From an uncultured Actinomycetes bacterium (GTDB taxonomy: Bacteria; Actinomycetota; UBA4738; HRBIN12), in contig CAVPIB010000004.1 in the NCBI GenBank assembly GCA_963704885.1, forward strand, positions 640,001 to 704,000: a DNA stretch of 64,000 nt, written 5' to 3'. The position numbers and the translations under genes are program-made. Position 1 is the stretch's first letter, and each line of letters begins with the position of its first letter. Shown here in pieces: positions 13,069 to 23,454 of this stretch. Under the pieces are notes generated by a model, which did not search any database, was not told the origin of the DNA, and saw nothing but the letters and a program-made list of their open reading frames with translations.

Positions 13069-13788
13069 TCAGTTGCGGACGCAGCGCCAGATCTGCAGAC
13101 GCCACAGCCAGCGACTGCCGCGGCGATGGAGGTTGAGGAGCCCTTCCTTCATCATCCGAGCCACGGCGACCGACTTGCCCACGATGTCCGGAAGCGGGAA
13201 CTCGCGCTGTATCACGGACTCCATGTTGTCGCCGAAGAACCTGCGAGCAGCCTCCAGGATGGACCGCTCGTCCTGGATCGTTCCGGTGGGCAGGTAGAGA
13301 CGCCCTCCGGGTGCCAGGGTGTCGCCGATGCTCTCAAGCATCATCCGAGGGAGCTCCGCTCCGGTCGGTCCACCCGCACGGCCGTCGGGGAACCAGCCGG
13401 TCACCTGTGCGATCTCGTCGGGGATCCCCGACACGTCGCCGATCAATACGGATGCCTGGACGTCCCGAACGGGGTCCAGGAGGCTGCCCGCGCGGAACTC
13501 GACTCGATCGTCCAATCCCAGGCGTCGGGCGTTCCTGGCGGCGGCCTCGACGGCCTCCTCCGATATATCGCAGCCGATCACGCGCTTGGCGCCCAGGCGA
13601 GCGGCGACGAACGACAGGACGCCGCTGCCGCAACCCACGTCGATCACGGTGTCGTCAGGACCGATCTCAAGGGCTTCGGCGATCGTGCGACTGGTGTGGG
13701 TGGGACTGAAGACGCCGGGGTTCAGCAGGATCGTGAAAGGTCCCGTCCGACCCTTCCACTCCATCTCCGTAGCGGCGCCTTGGCTCAT
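13069..13788 (-). CDS. Class I SAM-dependent methyltransferase
   Basis: PGVFSP, VIDVGCGSGVLS and VIGCDIS. Confidence 0.8.
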   Translation of the reverse strand: MSQGAATEMEWKGRTGPFTILLNPGVFSPTHTSRTIAEALEIGPDDTVIDVGCGSGVLSFVAARLGAKRVIGCDISEEAVEAAARNARRLGLDDRVEFRAGSLLDPVRDVQASVLIGDVSGIPDEIAQVTGWFPDGRAGGPTGAELPRMMLESIGDTLAPGGRLYLPTGTIQDERSILEAARRFFGDNMESVIQREFPLPDIVGKSVAVARMMKEGLLNLHRRGSRWLWRLQIWRCVRN

Positions 13789-13801
13789 CTACCAGTGAAG
13801 A

Positions 13802-14293
13802 CTACACGTCGGGGGCTTCGAACGCCGCTTCGGCACCGGGTACGAGCGCTCCCCGGTCGACCCTGGCGGCGTCGGCCTCCAGCTTGTCGCGCAAGGTCAG
13901 CGTGTGGATCCCGCGGTGGCCATCCGGATAACCCCCGATCCGCGCTGAGGCGCGCCGCAGGAGCGTGACCGTTCCGTGAGGGTTCCCACGAAGCAGGTGC
14001 ACGTAGCCCGCCCCCATCTGCGAGAGCCCCTTGAAGAACTCGGCGTCGTGGGTGCCGCGAGCCTGCTTCCACGCCGTCTCCCACGCCTCGTGGGCCGGGA
14101 AGAACTGCCCCTCCCGGGTGAACGTGCGGCCCAGCTCATGGTTCTCATCCAAGGTCAGGTTGTCGAAATCGGGCATCTGCAGCTGGTTCTCGGCGCCCCA
14201 CGGCTGGGGGCGCCCGAGCAGATCACGTGGACGTTGCGGTTTCTGCCGCTTCTCGGTGGGGAGGCCGGTCTTGCCGTGCGCTTCCTCTGGCAT
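13802..14293 (-). CDS. DUF309 domain protein
   Basis: RPRDLLGRP, FFPAHEAWETAWK and FKGLSQMGAGYVHLLRGN. Confidence 0.75.
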   Translation of the reverse strand: MPEEAHGKTGLPTEKRQKPQRPRDLLGRPQPWGAENQLQMPDFDNLTLDENHELGRTFTREGQFFPAHEAWETAWKQARGTHDAEFFKGLSQMGAGYVHLLRGNPHGTVTLLRRASARIGGYPDGHRGIHTLTLRDKLEADAARVDRGALVPGAEAAFEAPDV

Positions 14294-14322
14294 AGGATCG
14301 ATGCTAACCCCATCCGAGCCGG

Positions 14323-14775
14323 TCACACCGGCGCGCCCGCGCTGGTCGCGATAGCGTCGAGCGCCTCCTGCAGCACCTCGTACCGGCGTTCGCCGAGCAG
14401 CCGCCGGGTGCGGGTCTCGAGCGCCTGTACGGCCTTGCGACACTCCGTGGCGGCTCGCCGGCCATGGGCGGTCAGCTTCACCACCTTCGCGCGAGCATCG
14501 TCCGGGTCGGGCGCACGGCGCACGTATCCGCGCGACTCCAGGTCGTCGACCACCAACATCATGCCCTGCTTCGACATCCGCGCCCTGTGCGCGAGCTGGG
14601 TGAGACGCGTCCCGGACCGCCGGTCCACATGGAGGAACACGGATGCGTGCCCGGGGCGGACGTCGGGATATCCACGTTCCTCGAGCGCGTGCGCGAGCTC
14701 GATCGAAAGCGCTCGATGGGACTCCAGGAGCACTCGAACCAGATCGACCTCGGACACGACGACATCGTGTCGCAT
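14323..14775 (-). CDS. MarR family transcriptional regulator
   Basis: GTRLTQLAHRARMSKQGM...LESRGYVRRAPDPDDARAKVVKLT. Confidence 0.85.
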   Translation of the reverse strand: MRHDVVVSEVDLVRVLLESHRALSIELAHALEERGYPDVRPGHASVFLHVDRRSGTRLTQLAHRARMSKQGMMLVVDDLESRGYVRRAPDPDDARAKVVKLTAHGRRAATECRKAVQALETRTRRLLGERRYEVLQEALDAIATSAGAPV

Positions 14776-14829
14776 ACGCGTCGGGTTGGTCAATGCGCCT
14801 GACCATCGCCACCGGCTAGCCTCTGGGAC

Positions 14830-15327
14830 ATGTCGATCGCGATCAGGGAGGCGAAGGCCGAGGAACATGCGCAGGCAGGGGTCGTGACGGCCGAGGCGTA
14901 TCGCGAGTTCGCGCTCGAAGGCGACCCCGACTGGCAGGAGTACCTCGTGCGCCTGGCCGACGTCGCCGACCGCGCCTCGCGGACCACGATCCTGGTGGCC
15001 GTCGAGGGCGACCGGATCCTTGGAACCGCCACGCTGGAGCTGGACGGTAGGACCGAGCCGGAGGGTGATCCGCTCGGACCCGACGAGGCACATATCCGGA
15101 TGTTGGGGGTGGTTCCCGAAGCTCGCGGACGCGGGATCGGACGCCTGATCATGGAGGCCTGCGAGGTGCGCGCAGCGGCGTCCGGACGAACCCTCATCAC
15201 CCTCAACACGACACTGCGGATGCGGAGCGCTCAGCGGATGTACGAGTCGTTGGGTTACTCCCGAGACGACGATCGTGTGTTCCCCGACGGCTTCGTGTTG
15301 CTGTCGTACTCGAAGCGACTAGTCTGA
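14830..15327 (+). CDS. GNAT family N-acetyltransferase
   Basis: IRMLGVVPEARGRGIGRL and AQRMYESLGY. Confidence 0.85.
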   Translation: MSIAIREAKAEEHAQAGVVTAEAYREFALEGDPDWQEYLVRLADVADRASRTTILVAVEGDRILGTATLELDGRTEPEGDPLGPDEAHIRMLGVVPEARGRGIGRLIMEACEVRAAASGRTLITLNTTLRMRSAQRMYESLGYSRDDDRVFPDGFVLLSYSKRLV

Positions 15328-15338
15328 TACAGACTAGA
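15318..15338. repeat. Copy 1 of the dispersed palindrome ACTAGTCTG-N3-CAGACTAGT
   Basis: ACTAGTCTGATACAGACTAGA at the convergent GNAT/ABC junction. Confidence 0.75.
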
Positions 15339-15340
15339 TG

Positions 15341-17320
15341 TCAGGCATCTCCGGCTCCGCTGGCCGTCCGGACGATCTCGCCGCTCGCCAGGATCACGCC
15401 GTCCTCGAACTCGGCCTGGATGAGTCCACCGCGGAACTGCTGCTCGTAGAGCCGCGCATAGAGCCCGCCCCGCTCCAAGAGCTCCTGGTGCGTCCCGCGC
15501 TCCGCGATACGTCCGCGGTCGAGGGCGAAGATCACGTCGGCCTTCAAGATCGTCGAGAGCCGGTGAGCGATGGCGATCGTTGTCCTGCCTTCCATCAATG
15601 GTTCGAGAGCCGACTGAACCAGCCGCTCGGACGTGGTGTCGAGCGAGGACGTGGCCTCGTCCAGGATGAGGATCCGCGGATCCTTCAGAACCACGCGCGC
15701 GATCGCCAGGCGCTGCTTCTCTCCGCCGGAGAGCTTGTAGCCCCGCTCCCCCACCACGGTGTCGTACCCGTCGGCGAGCTCGGCGATCCGGTCGTGGATG
15801 TTGGCGGCCCGGGCCGCGGCCTCCAACTCCTCCTGAGTCGCTTCGGGCTTGCCGTACAGCAGGTTCCGCCGGATGGTCGTGTGGAAGAGGTAGGTCTCCT
15901 GCGTCACGACGCCGATCAGGTCGCCGAGGGATTCGAGGGCGATCTTCCGAACGTCGATCCCGTCTATCTCGACCGCCCCCTCCTGGACGTCGTATAGGCG
16001 CGGCACCAGGTAGGTGATGGTGGTCTTGCCGGCACCGCTCGGACCCACCAGGGCCGCAAGCTGCCCGGGGAGGATCTCCAGGTCCACGCCATCGAGCGTC
16101 CAGGGTCGCGGCGCCTCTTGGTCCACATCGGTCTCGGACACGACGACGTCGGGAGGCGAGATCGGGAGCCGGTCCGGAGGCGGCGTGTCGTAGTGGAAGC
16201 GGATATCGCGGAGTCGGACGTGCCCGCGGACCTGCTCCGGGTCGACCACGACCGGGTCCGGATCGTCCTGGATGTCCTGAGGCAGATCCATGTACTCGAA
16301 GATCCGGTCGAACAACGCGAACGACGTCTGAACGTCGTTCGAGATCTGCAGCATCGATCCGATCGGGAAGAAGATCCTGGACTGGAGGGTGGTGAACGCG
16401 ACGATCGTGCCCGCGGTGATCGCCGCCGGTTCGCTCGACGTCACCCATCCCACGACGAGGTAGGTCAACGCCGGCATGATCGCGAAGAACGTCCCGACGA
16501 TCGCGAAGAAAGACTGGCCGATCATCGTCTGACGGATCGTGAACCCGGTGAGTCGCTGGTTCTCCTCACGATATCGGTCGATCTCGTGTCGCTGACGTCC
16601 GAACGACTTCGATAGCAGGATGCCACTGACGCTCAGGGTCTCCTCGGTGATCGCGGTGAGGTCGGCGAGCGTCCTCTGGGTGTTGGTCGCGACCTCACGA
16701 CGGGCGCGTCCCACCTTGACGGTGAGCCAGATGAAGATCGGCGTGATGCAGAGCGACATCACCGTGAGCGGCCACGAAAGGAGAAGCATCGCGATCAGCG
16801 TGCTCAGGATGATCACGACGTTGGCGAGGAGGGAGGCGGCCGTGCTGGTGACCACGGATTGGACCCCGCCCACATCGTTCCCCAGCCGAGACTGGATCTC
16901 ACCGGTCCGGGTCGTGGTGAAGAACCGCAGCGGCATGAACTGCAGGTGCCTGTAGAGACCGTTGCGCAGGTCCTGCATCACCTTCAAGCCGATGAGGTTC
17001 GATAGATACGTCTGGCCGACACCGATCGCGCTCGTGATCATGGGGATGGCGATCATCAACGCGACGAGCCGATACAGGACGGGAAGATCGGGATGACACG
17101 CCGTCGCGGTGCAGTTCAGGCCCGTGTCGAAGACCTGCTTTATGAGCAGCGGGTTCACGATACCCAGGGCCGAGGTCAAGACGATGGCGACCCCGACCAC
17201 GACCACCCGACGTCGGTATGGACTGAAGGTCGCCACGACGCGGCGGACCGTGGTTCGCGTGATGGGACGCTTGTCCTCGTCCGAGAGGGGAGCAGCGAAG
17301 AAACGGCCGTGGCGACCCAT
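15341..17320 (-). CDS. ABC exporter, fused permease/ATP-binding protein
   Basis: N-terminal transmembrane domain (TRTGEIQSRL), GPSGAGKTT, LSGGEKQR and LILDEATSSLD. Confidence 0.9.
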   Translation of the reverse strand: MGRHGRFFAAPLSDEDKRPITRTTVRRVVATFSPYRRRVVVVGVAIVLTSALGIVNPLLIKQVFDTGLNCTATACHPDLPVLYRLVALMIAIPMITSAIGVGQTYLSNLIGLKVMQDLRNGLYRHLQFMPLRFFTTTRTGEIQSRLGNDVGGVQSVVTSTAASLLANVVIILSTLIAMLLLSWPLTVMSLCITPIFIWLTVKVGRARREVATNTQRTLADLTAITEETLSVSGILLSKSFGRQRHEIDRYREENQRLTGFTIRQTMIGQSFFAIVGTFFAIMPALTYLVVGWVTSSEPAAITAGTIVAFTTLQSRIFFPIGSMLQISNDVQTSFALFDRIFEYMDLPQDIQDDPDPVVVDPEQVRGHVRLRDIRFHYDTPPPDRLPISPPDVVVSETDVDQEAPRPWTLDGVDLEILPGQLAALVGPSGAGKTTITYLVPRLYDVQEGAVEIDGIDVRKIALESLGDLIGVVTQETYLFHTTIRRNLLYGKPEATQEELEAAARAANIHDRIAELADGYDTVVGERGYKLSGGEKQRLAIARVVLKDPRILILDEATSSLDTTSERLVQSALEPLMEGRTTIAIAHRLSTILKADVIFALDRGRIAERGTHQELLERGGLYARLYEQQFRGGLIQAEFEDGVILASGEIVRTASGAGDA

Positions 17321-17368
17321 GAGGCAAGGATACGGGCGCCCACCGATACGACCGCGGACGGCCAGGCT

Positions 17369-18073
17369 CTAGACGACCTCCGGATGGATGGGATCTTGCA
17401 CCAGGGAGCGAGCCCGGCTCATGACCTCGTCGAGCATCGAGGGTGTGAGCTTGCCGGTGAACGTGTTCTGCTGGCTGGGGTGGAAGCAGCCGATCAGCGA
17501 GTAGGGGGCTAGGGCGGCCTCCGCCCCGTGTCCGAACCGCGGCTTGGGCTTCGCGGAGTGGCCGAGCGTGGCGAGCGCACGCAGCGCCCCGTCCCAGGCG
17601 AACGACCCGAGCGCGACGATCACTCGCAACTCCGGCAGGGCCGCGATCTCGCGTTCGAGGAACGGGAGGCACGCGTCGCGCTCCTGGGGGGTGGGCCTGT
17701 TGCCCGGCGGAGCGCAACGGTTCACCGCGCTCACATAAGCGCCGTAGAGGAGCAGGCCGTCGCCGCGCGAGACCGACGTCGGTTGGTTCGCGAAACCGCA
17801 GCGGTTGAGCGAGGCGTAGAGGAAGTCACCCGATCGATCCCCTGTGAAGATCCGTCCCGTCCGGTTGCCACCATGCGCCGCAGGCGCGAGCCCCAGGATC
17901 AGCACGCGTGCGTCCGGATCTCCGAAGCCCGGCACCGGCCGGCCCCAGTACTCCTGGTCGGCGAAGCGAGCGACCTTCTCGCGAGCCGCCTGTTCCCGCC
18001 AGGCGACCAACCGAGGACATGCCCGGCAAGCGACGACTTCGGCCTGGACGTCGGTCAACATGTCGCGCGTCAC
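17369..18073 (-). CDS. udgB: Family 5 uracil-DNA glycosylase
   Basis: CRACPRLVAWRE, GLAPAAHGGNRTGRIFTGDRSG and FHPSQQNTFTGKLT. Confidence 0.9.
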   Translation of the reverse strand: MTRDMLTDVQAEVVACRACPRLVAWREQAAREKVARFADQEYWGRPVPGFGDPDARVLILGLAPAAHGGNRTGRIFTGDRSGDFLYASLNRCGFANQPTSVSRGDGLLLYGAYVSAVNRCAPPGNRPTPQERDACLPFLEREIAALPELRVIVALGSFAWDGALRALATLGHSAKPKPRFGHGAEAALAPYSLIGCFHPSQQNTFTGKLTPSMLDEVMSRARSLVQDPIHPEVV

Positions 18074-19698
18074 CGGCGCGCGGCCGCCCAGTCGTCGAAC
18101 CCCCCGATGGAGGACGTGACCTCGCCGTCGCGCACCTCCAGGATCCGATCGGGGATCCGGTCCAGCAGGTACCGGTCGTGCGAGATCACGATCACGGTCC
18201 CGTCGAACGCCTCCAGCGTGGACTCGAGCACCTCCATGCTCTCGATGTCCAGGTGGTTCGTGGGTTCGTCCAACAGCAGACAGTTCGCCCCGCCGAGCAT
18301 GAGCAGGCATAGCTGCAGCCGCGTGCGTTCGCCGCCGGAGAGCGTCCCCACCGGCTGGCGCATCTGCTCGTAGCGGAACAGGAACCGACCGAGGAGCGAG
18401 ACCGCGTCCTCCTCATACATGGGCTTCGCGTTGCGCACGAACTGGATAGGCGTGAGGTGCGGCGGCTCGGTCTCATGGCCCTGCGCCAAGTAGCCGAACC
18501 TCACCGACGGCCCCACCCATCGCTCCCCCGTCGTGGGCTCGATCGCACCCGTCAGCACCTGGCCGAGCACGCTCTTGCCGGCGCCGTTCGCACCTATCAC
18601 GCCCACGCGCTCGCCGCGCGTGATGGTGAGATCGACGTCCAGGAGCACCGGATCGTCTCCGAATGCCACGGACACGCCGCGGAGCTCCACGATCTTCTTG
18701 CCGCCCCGCTCCGTGGCGCGCATCTCGAGCGCGATCTTCCGTCGTTCGAACACCGGGCGGTCGACCTTGTCCATGCGATCGATCTGCCGCTGCTTGTTCC
18801 GCGCCTGCTTGATGTGGCGTTCGTCCACCACGATGCTCGCCCAGAGCTTGAACCGGGCGATCGCCTCTTCCAGCCGCGCGATCTCCTTCTGCTGAGTGAC
18901 GTAGAGCTGCTGCTGACGCTGGAGCGCGATCTCCTTCGCCACCGCGAACGCGGAGTAGTTGCCGGGCCAGAGCGTGATCCTCCCGTCGTCCAGCTCGGCG
19001 ATCTGATCGACCGTGTCGTCCAACAGGTATCTGTCATGCGAGATCGACACCACCCCGCCGGGGAACCCGGCGATCAGATCCTCCAGCTGCTCGCGCCGGT
19101 CGGCGTCCAGGTGGGTTTCGGGCTCGTCCAGCAGAAGCAGATCCGGCTGCCGGATGAGGCAGGCCGCGAGCGCGACCAGCTTCCGCTGTCCACCCGAGAG
19201 CTGAGTCGTCGGCAGCGCCAGATCGTCCTCGGGTATGTCGAGCGAGAGCAAAAGGCTTCGCACCTGGCCGGCCAGGCCCGGGCCGCCGATCTCCACCCAC
19301 CGGTCCAGCAACCCTTGCTGCCGAGTGAGGACGCGCTCCATCCGCGCCAGGTCCGCGATCACGTCCGGGCGAGCCAGCTCCTGCTCTACCGCGCGCAGCT
19401 GCCCGTCCAGGTCCGCCACATCGGGGCGCGCGGCCATGACCGTCGCCTCGGCGGTCCGCTCATCGCCGTCGGGGTTCTGATCCAGGTACGCGGTCACCAG
19501 CCCACGACGCCGGACCACCTCGCCGGCCGACGGCGTCTCGAGGTCGGCCAGGATCTTGAGCATGGTCGACTTGCCGGCGCCGTTGGGACCGACGATGCCG
19601 ATCCGGGCACGCTCCGTCACCTCGAAGTCCAGACCCTTGAAGACCGTCCAAGAGCCGAAGGACTTCTCGACGCCGACCAAGGCGGCAAGCGTGGTCAC
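18070..19698 (-). CDS. ABC-F family ATP-binding protein
   Basis: Two ATPase cassettes (GPNGAGKS/LSGGQ/DEP and GANGAGKS/LSGGE/DEPTNHLD), no transmembrane domain. Confidence 0.9.
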   Translation of the reverse strand: MTTLAALVGVEKSFGSWTVFKGLDFEVTERARIGIVGPNGAGKSTMLKILADLETPSAGEVVRRRGLVTAYLDQNPDGDERTAEATVMAARPDVADLDGQLRAVEQELARPDVIADLARMERVLTRQQGLLDRWVEIGGPGLAGQVRSLLLSLDIPEDDLALPTTQLSGGQRKLVALAACLIRQPDLLLLDEPETHLDADRREQLEDLIAGFPGGVVSISHDRYLLDDTVDQIAELDDGRITLWPGNYSAFAVAKEIALQRQQQLYVTQQKEIARLEEAIARFKLWASIVVDERHIKQARNKQRQIDRMDKVDRPVFERRKIALEMRATERGGKKIVELRGVSVAFGDDPVLLDVDLTITRGERVGVIGANGAGKSVLGQVLTGAIEPTTGERWVGPSVRFGYLAQGHETEPPHLTPIQFVRNAKPMYEEDAVSLLGRFLFRYEQMRQPVGTLSGGERTRLQLCLLMLGGANCLLLDEPTNHLDIESMEVLESTLEAFDGTVIVISHDRYLLDRIPDRILEVRDGEVTSSIGGFDDWAAARR

Positions 19699-20381
19699 GG
19701 TCGGTGGGTCGCGTTCATCTCGCGAAGCGACGGTGGTGGATCCGGCGCCTCCAGCCAGCGCTCCATGTTCGCCTTCACGGCGGGCCACTCTGAGTCGAGC
19801 AGGGCGTACCACGCGGTGTCGCGGTTGCGGCCCTTGATGATCATGTGCTGGCGGAACACGCCTTCGAACGTGAAGCTCAGGCGCTCAGCCGCCGTGCGCG
19901 ACCGGGTGTTCAACGCGTCGCACTTCCACTCGACCCGGCGGTGCCCCAGCTCGTCGAATGCGGTCCGCAGCATCAGGTACACGGACTCGGTGTTAGCCCG
20001 TGTGCGTTGCGCGCGCGGCGCGAACCAGATGTTCCCCAGCTCCAGATGGCGCATGTCCGGATCGATGTTCATGAACGTCACCAGACCGACCGGATCATCG
20101 GACCGGCGATCGATCACCGTGAAGAACATCGGATCGTCCGACTCTGGCAATGGGTCGATCCACAGGCTCATCGAACCCTGGTCAGCCCACGGCCCGTACG
20201 CCATGTACGTCCACATGCGCGCGGCTTCGTCGCTTCCGTCATGGGAGGCAGCGAACAACCCCGCGGCGTGTGCGTCCGGGTCCACCGGTACGAGCGACAC
20301 GAACCTGCCTTCGATCGGTTCGCGACTCGGACGCCGCGCCGGTGTCTGCGAGACCGGGTCGCCGATCGGGAGATCGCCCAC
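19695..20381 (-). CDS. RimJ/RimL-type GNAT acetyltransferase
   Basis: WTYMAYGP, ELGNIW, RRVEWKCDALN and GRNRDTAWYALLDSEWP. Confidence 0.85.
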   Translation of the reverse strand: MGDLPIGDPVSQTPARRPSREPIEGRFVSLVPVDPDAHAAGLFAASHDGSDEAARMWTYMAYGPWADQGSMSLWIDPLPESDDPMFFTVIDRRSDDPVGLVTFMNIDPDMRHLELGNIWFAPRAQRTRANTESVYLMLRTAFDELGHRRVEWKCDALNTRSRTAAERLSFTFEGVFRQHMIIKGRNRDTAWYALLDSEWPAVKANMERWLEAPDPPPSLREMNATHRP

Positions 20382-20383
20382 GG

Positions 20384-21706
20384 CTAGGATCCGCGCGCGG
20401 CGAGCGCGGCGTCGGCCAGCACGTCGAGCGCCTCGTCCAGCTGCTGGTCGGTGATAACGAGAGGTGGCAGGTGGCGCAACACGTTGTGGTACAGGCCGCA
20501 CGAGACTGTGATCAGGCCGCGCCGTTGCGTCTCGGCCATCAGCCGGCCGACGTAGTCTCCGTCCGGCTCCTTGGTCTCCCGGTCGCTCACCATCTCCACG
20601 CCGATCATCGAACCCAGGCCGCGGATGTCGCCGATCTGCGGCACGTCGCCGGACAGCTCCTCCCAGCGCGAACGGATCGCCTTGCCTACGATCTCGGCCC
20701 GCTCGATCAACCCTTCTTCCTCGATCACATCCATGACGGCGTTCGCGGCGGCGCATGCTACGGGGTTCCCGACGTACGTGCCGCCGATCGCGGAGGGACC
20801 GGGAGCGTCCATGATCTCGGTGCGACCGACCACGGCCGAGAGCGGGTAGCCGCTGCCGAGCGCCTTCGCCAGGATCACGATGTCGGGGTCCAGGCCGAAG
20901 TGCTCGCTCGCGAGGAAACGGCCGGTCCGCCCGCACCCGGACTGGATCTCATCGGCGATCGTGAGGATGCCTTGCTCGCGGCAGAGCGCCTGCACGCCCG
21001 GCAGGAACTCGGGCGCCGGCACGATGTAGCCACCCTCCCCTTGCTCGGGCTCGAAGATCACCGCCGCGACCGAGCGAGGGTCGACGACGGTGGTGAACGC
21101 GCGCTTCAAGACGTCGAGCGCGAGCTGCCCCGATCGCTCCGGGTTCGAGCTCCGATACGGATACGAGAACGGCACGCGGTAGACCTCGGGCGCGAACGGC
21201 CCGAACCCGCGCTTGTAAGGCGTGTGCCGGCTGGTGAGTGACATGGTCAGTAGCGTCCGTCCGTGGAACGCCCCCTCGAAGCACACGACACCCGGCCGTC
21301 CTGTCGCAGCCTTGGCGAACTTGACCGCGTTCTCCACGGCCTCCGCGCCGGAGTTGAAGAGGGCCACCTTGCGGTCGCCCCCCACGGCTCGGACCAACCT
21401 CTCGGCCAGCTCCACATAGACCTCGTACGGCACCACCGAGAAGTCCGTATGCGAGAACTTGGCTGCCTGCCGCTGTACGGCCTCCACCACCTTGGGGTGC
21501 GAGTGACCTACCAGGAGACACCCCAATCCGCTCGAGAAGTCGATCATGGTGTTGCCGTCGACGTCGGTGACGGCGGCGCCGAGCCCGTGGTCGATGACCG
21601 AGTTCACGTGCAGGTCGAGCGGGTCGCACACCACTCGTTCCTTGCGAGCGATGATCTCGCGCGAGTTCGGACCCGGGAGCTCGGTCAGCATCTCGATCGT
21701 GGGCAC
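20384..21706 (-). CDS. gabT: 4-aminobutyrate aminotransferase-like class III aminotransferase
   Basis: [44 protein letters not shown] and GGTYVGNP. Confidence 0.8.
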   Translation of the reverse strand: MPTIEMLTELPGPNSREIIARKERVVCDPLDLHVNSVIDHGLGAAVTDVDGNTMIDFSSGLGCLLVGHSHPKVVEAVQRQAAKFSHTDFSVVPYEVYVELAERLVRAVGGDRKVALFNSGAEAVENAVKFAKAATGRPGVVCFEGAFHGRTLLTMSLTSRHTPYKRGFGPFAPEVYRVPFSYPYRSSNPERSGQLALDVLKRAFTTVVDPRSVAAVIFEPEQGEGGYIVPAPEFLPGVQALCREQGILTIADEIQSGCGRTGRFLASEHFGLDPDIVILAKALGSGYPLSAVVGRTEIMDAPGPSAIGGTYVGNPVACAAANAVMDVIEEEGLIERAEIVGKAIRSRWEELSGDVPQIGDIRGLGSMIGVEMVSDRETKEPDGDYVGRLMAETQRRGLITVSCGLYHNVLRHLPPLVITDQQLDEALDVLADAALAARGS

Positions 21707-21784
21707 ACGTCCTCCTTGCGGCCTCGGGGTGAGCGTCAGCCGGGAAGGCTATCGCGGAGGTGGGGCGAGCGGCAGCGGGTCCGG

Positions 21785-22189
21785 CTACCGAGCCCCCAGC
21801 TCGCGGAACCGGGCCGCCGCTGACACGAAGACCTCGAGCGGACCAAGGAGCTCTTCCACGGCCCAGATCAGCCCTTCGAACCCTCCCAGCTCGGGCGCCT
21901 CCTCGCGGAGTCGCCGCGCCCGCCGAAGGGATTCGTCGATCCCGCGGTCGCACGCGGCCCAATCGGGTTCGACAGCATCCGCGCACCACGCCGGCATAAG
22001 CGCTCGCGCTCTCGTCACCCCTTCTTCGAACTCAAGCAACGCGTCGGGCAGTGAGCGACCCGGCATCCGCGTGGTCGGCATGACATCCGTGAGCGCCGCC
22101 TTCGCCGGCTCGATCTGGTCCAGGACCCTGCGGAACGCCGCGAACGAGGACCCGAGCTCAGGGGGCAGCCGTCTCCGACGGAGCCTCAC
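21785..22189 (-). CDS. Hypothetical helical protein
   Basis: GTG overlaps the stop of the upstream gene (GTGA) inside the operon; plausible helical sequence. Confidence 0.55.
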   Translation of the reverse strand: MRLRRRRLPPELGSSFAAFRRVLDQIEPAKAALTDVMPTTRMPGRSLPDALLEFEEGVTRARALMPAWCADAVEPDWAACDRGIDESLRRARRLREEAPELGGFEGLIWAVEELLGPLEVFVSAAARFRELGAR

Positions 22190-22980
22190 GGTCCGAAGGC
22201 CTCCGTCCGTGCGGCGACGATCGCGGCCGGGTCGTTCGTGGCGACGGCGTCCACCCCGGACCTCATCAGGGCGACGGCATCGGCAGGATCGTCGGTCAGC
22301 CATGTGCCTAGTCGCATCCCTTCCCCGTGTACGCGATCAGCCAAGGAGGATCCAGCGGCGAGCACCCCTCCAGCGAAAGGCAGGACCCAGGCGTGACCCT
22401 GATCCCGAGCGAACCCGAACGCGGCGAGCGGGTCGACGTCCTCTGTCGTGAGCAACCCTGTCGGAACGTCCGGCGCCAGCGCGAGCGCCCGCGCGATCGA
22501 GGAAGGGTTGAAGCTCGAGATCAAGACCGTGCCCACGAACGCCACCTCGTCCAGGGCGCGGAGCGTCGCCTCAACGGCGAGCTCGTTCTCGCCGTCGAAG
22601 TCAGGCTCGCCGGGGATGTTCTTGATCTCCACGTCCACGGCGGCCCGGCCGGACAGGCACGCGAGCGCATCCTCTAGCGTGGGCACCTCGACGAGCGCGC
22701 CGTCGGCCGTGCGGATCCTAAGCGCCTTCAGCTCGTCCAGGCGGAGATCGCGCACCAGGCCGTGTCCGCCGGTGGTTCGCGAAACATCCGGATCGTGCAT
22801 AACCACGGCGACGTCGTCGGCGGTCATCCGCACGTCGAACTCCACGACGTCTGACCCCACGGCCACCGCCGCGTCGAAAGCAGCGAGGGTGTTCTCGGCC
22901 TCCATGGCAGAGAACCCACGGTGCGCCACGACCAGCCTGTCGGCCTCTTGACTGAATCTTCGTTCAGACACTAGGCTCAC
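22186..22980 (-). CDS. Glycerophosphodiester phosphodiesterase
   Basis: VVAHRG, ENTLAAF, VEFDV, VMHD and DVEIK. Confidence 0.88.
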   Translation of the reverse strand: MSLVSERRFSQEADRLVVAHRGFSAMEAENTLAAFDAAVAVGSDVVEFDVRMTADDVAVVMHDPDVSRTTGGHGLVRDLRLDELKALRIRTADGALVEVPTLEDALACLSGRAAVDVEIKNIPGEPDFDGENELAVEATLRALDEVAFVGTVLISSFNPSSIARALALAPDVPTGLLTTEDVDPLAAFGFARDQGHAWVLPFAGGVLAAGSSLADRVHGEGMRLGTWLTDDPADAVALMRSGVDAVATNDPAAIVAARTEAFGP

Positions 22981-23003
22981 CCTACTCCCTGCCCTGCAGG
23001 CTC

Positions 23004-23321
23004 ATGGTCGAACCCACACGCATGATGATTGAACGGCGATTCAGGCACGACCCCGCCCATACGGTGTGGGTCGATCGGGCGCGCTGTATCGGCGAAGACC
23101 CGGAGCTCTTCTTCCCTATGGGCGCACCCTCGCTCGTACAGTCGCAGACCGGGCGCGCCAAGGCGGTCTGCCGAGGATGCCCGGTCCAGCCCGACTGCCT
23201 GGAGTGGTCGCTCGTGACGGCCCAGGACGCCGGCGTGTGGGGCGGCCTGGACGAGGACGAGCGGCGCGAGATCCGCCGCGAGCGGCGGCGAGCATCCACC
23301 CTCCAGGTCGTGCTTCGCTAG
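23004..23321 (+). CDS. WhiB family Fe-S transcription regulator (WhiB1/WblE-like)
   Basis: C...DPELFFP...AKAVCRGCPVQPDCLEW...GVWGG followed by a basic tail. Confidence 0.9.
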   Translation: MVEPTRMMIERRFRHDPAHTVWVDRARCIGEDPELFFPMGAPSLVQSQTGRAKAVCRGCPVQPDCLEWSLVTAQDAGVWGGLDEDERREIRRERRRASTLQVVLR

Positions 23322-23454
23322 CACGATTCAACCTGGGTCGACGCGATCCACCAGCGGTGTGATGATGACGCAGCTCTAGGTCCATCGGCCCTCCGACCTC
23401 CCCGGCCGGCGGGACATTCGTCGGCGGCTCCGCCGCCGGAGAGGGAGGGGTCAC

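Noticed and set aside
18070-19698. ABC-F as an antibiotic-resistance (ARE) gene
   Set aside because: No leader or attenuator and no resistance context; the subfamily cannot be assigned by eye.
18457-20454. Long antisense and alternative-frame ORFs (e.g. 665 aa at 18457, 524 aa at 51613, 435 aa at 4036)
   Set aside because: Shadow ORFs expected in high-GC DNA opposite well-supported genes; Arg/Pro/Gly-rich with no motifs.
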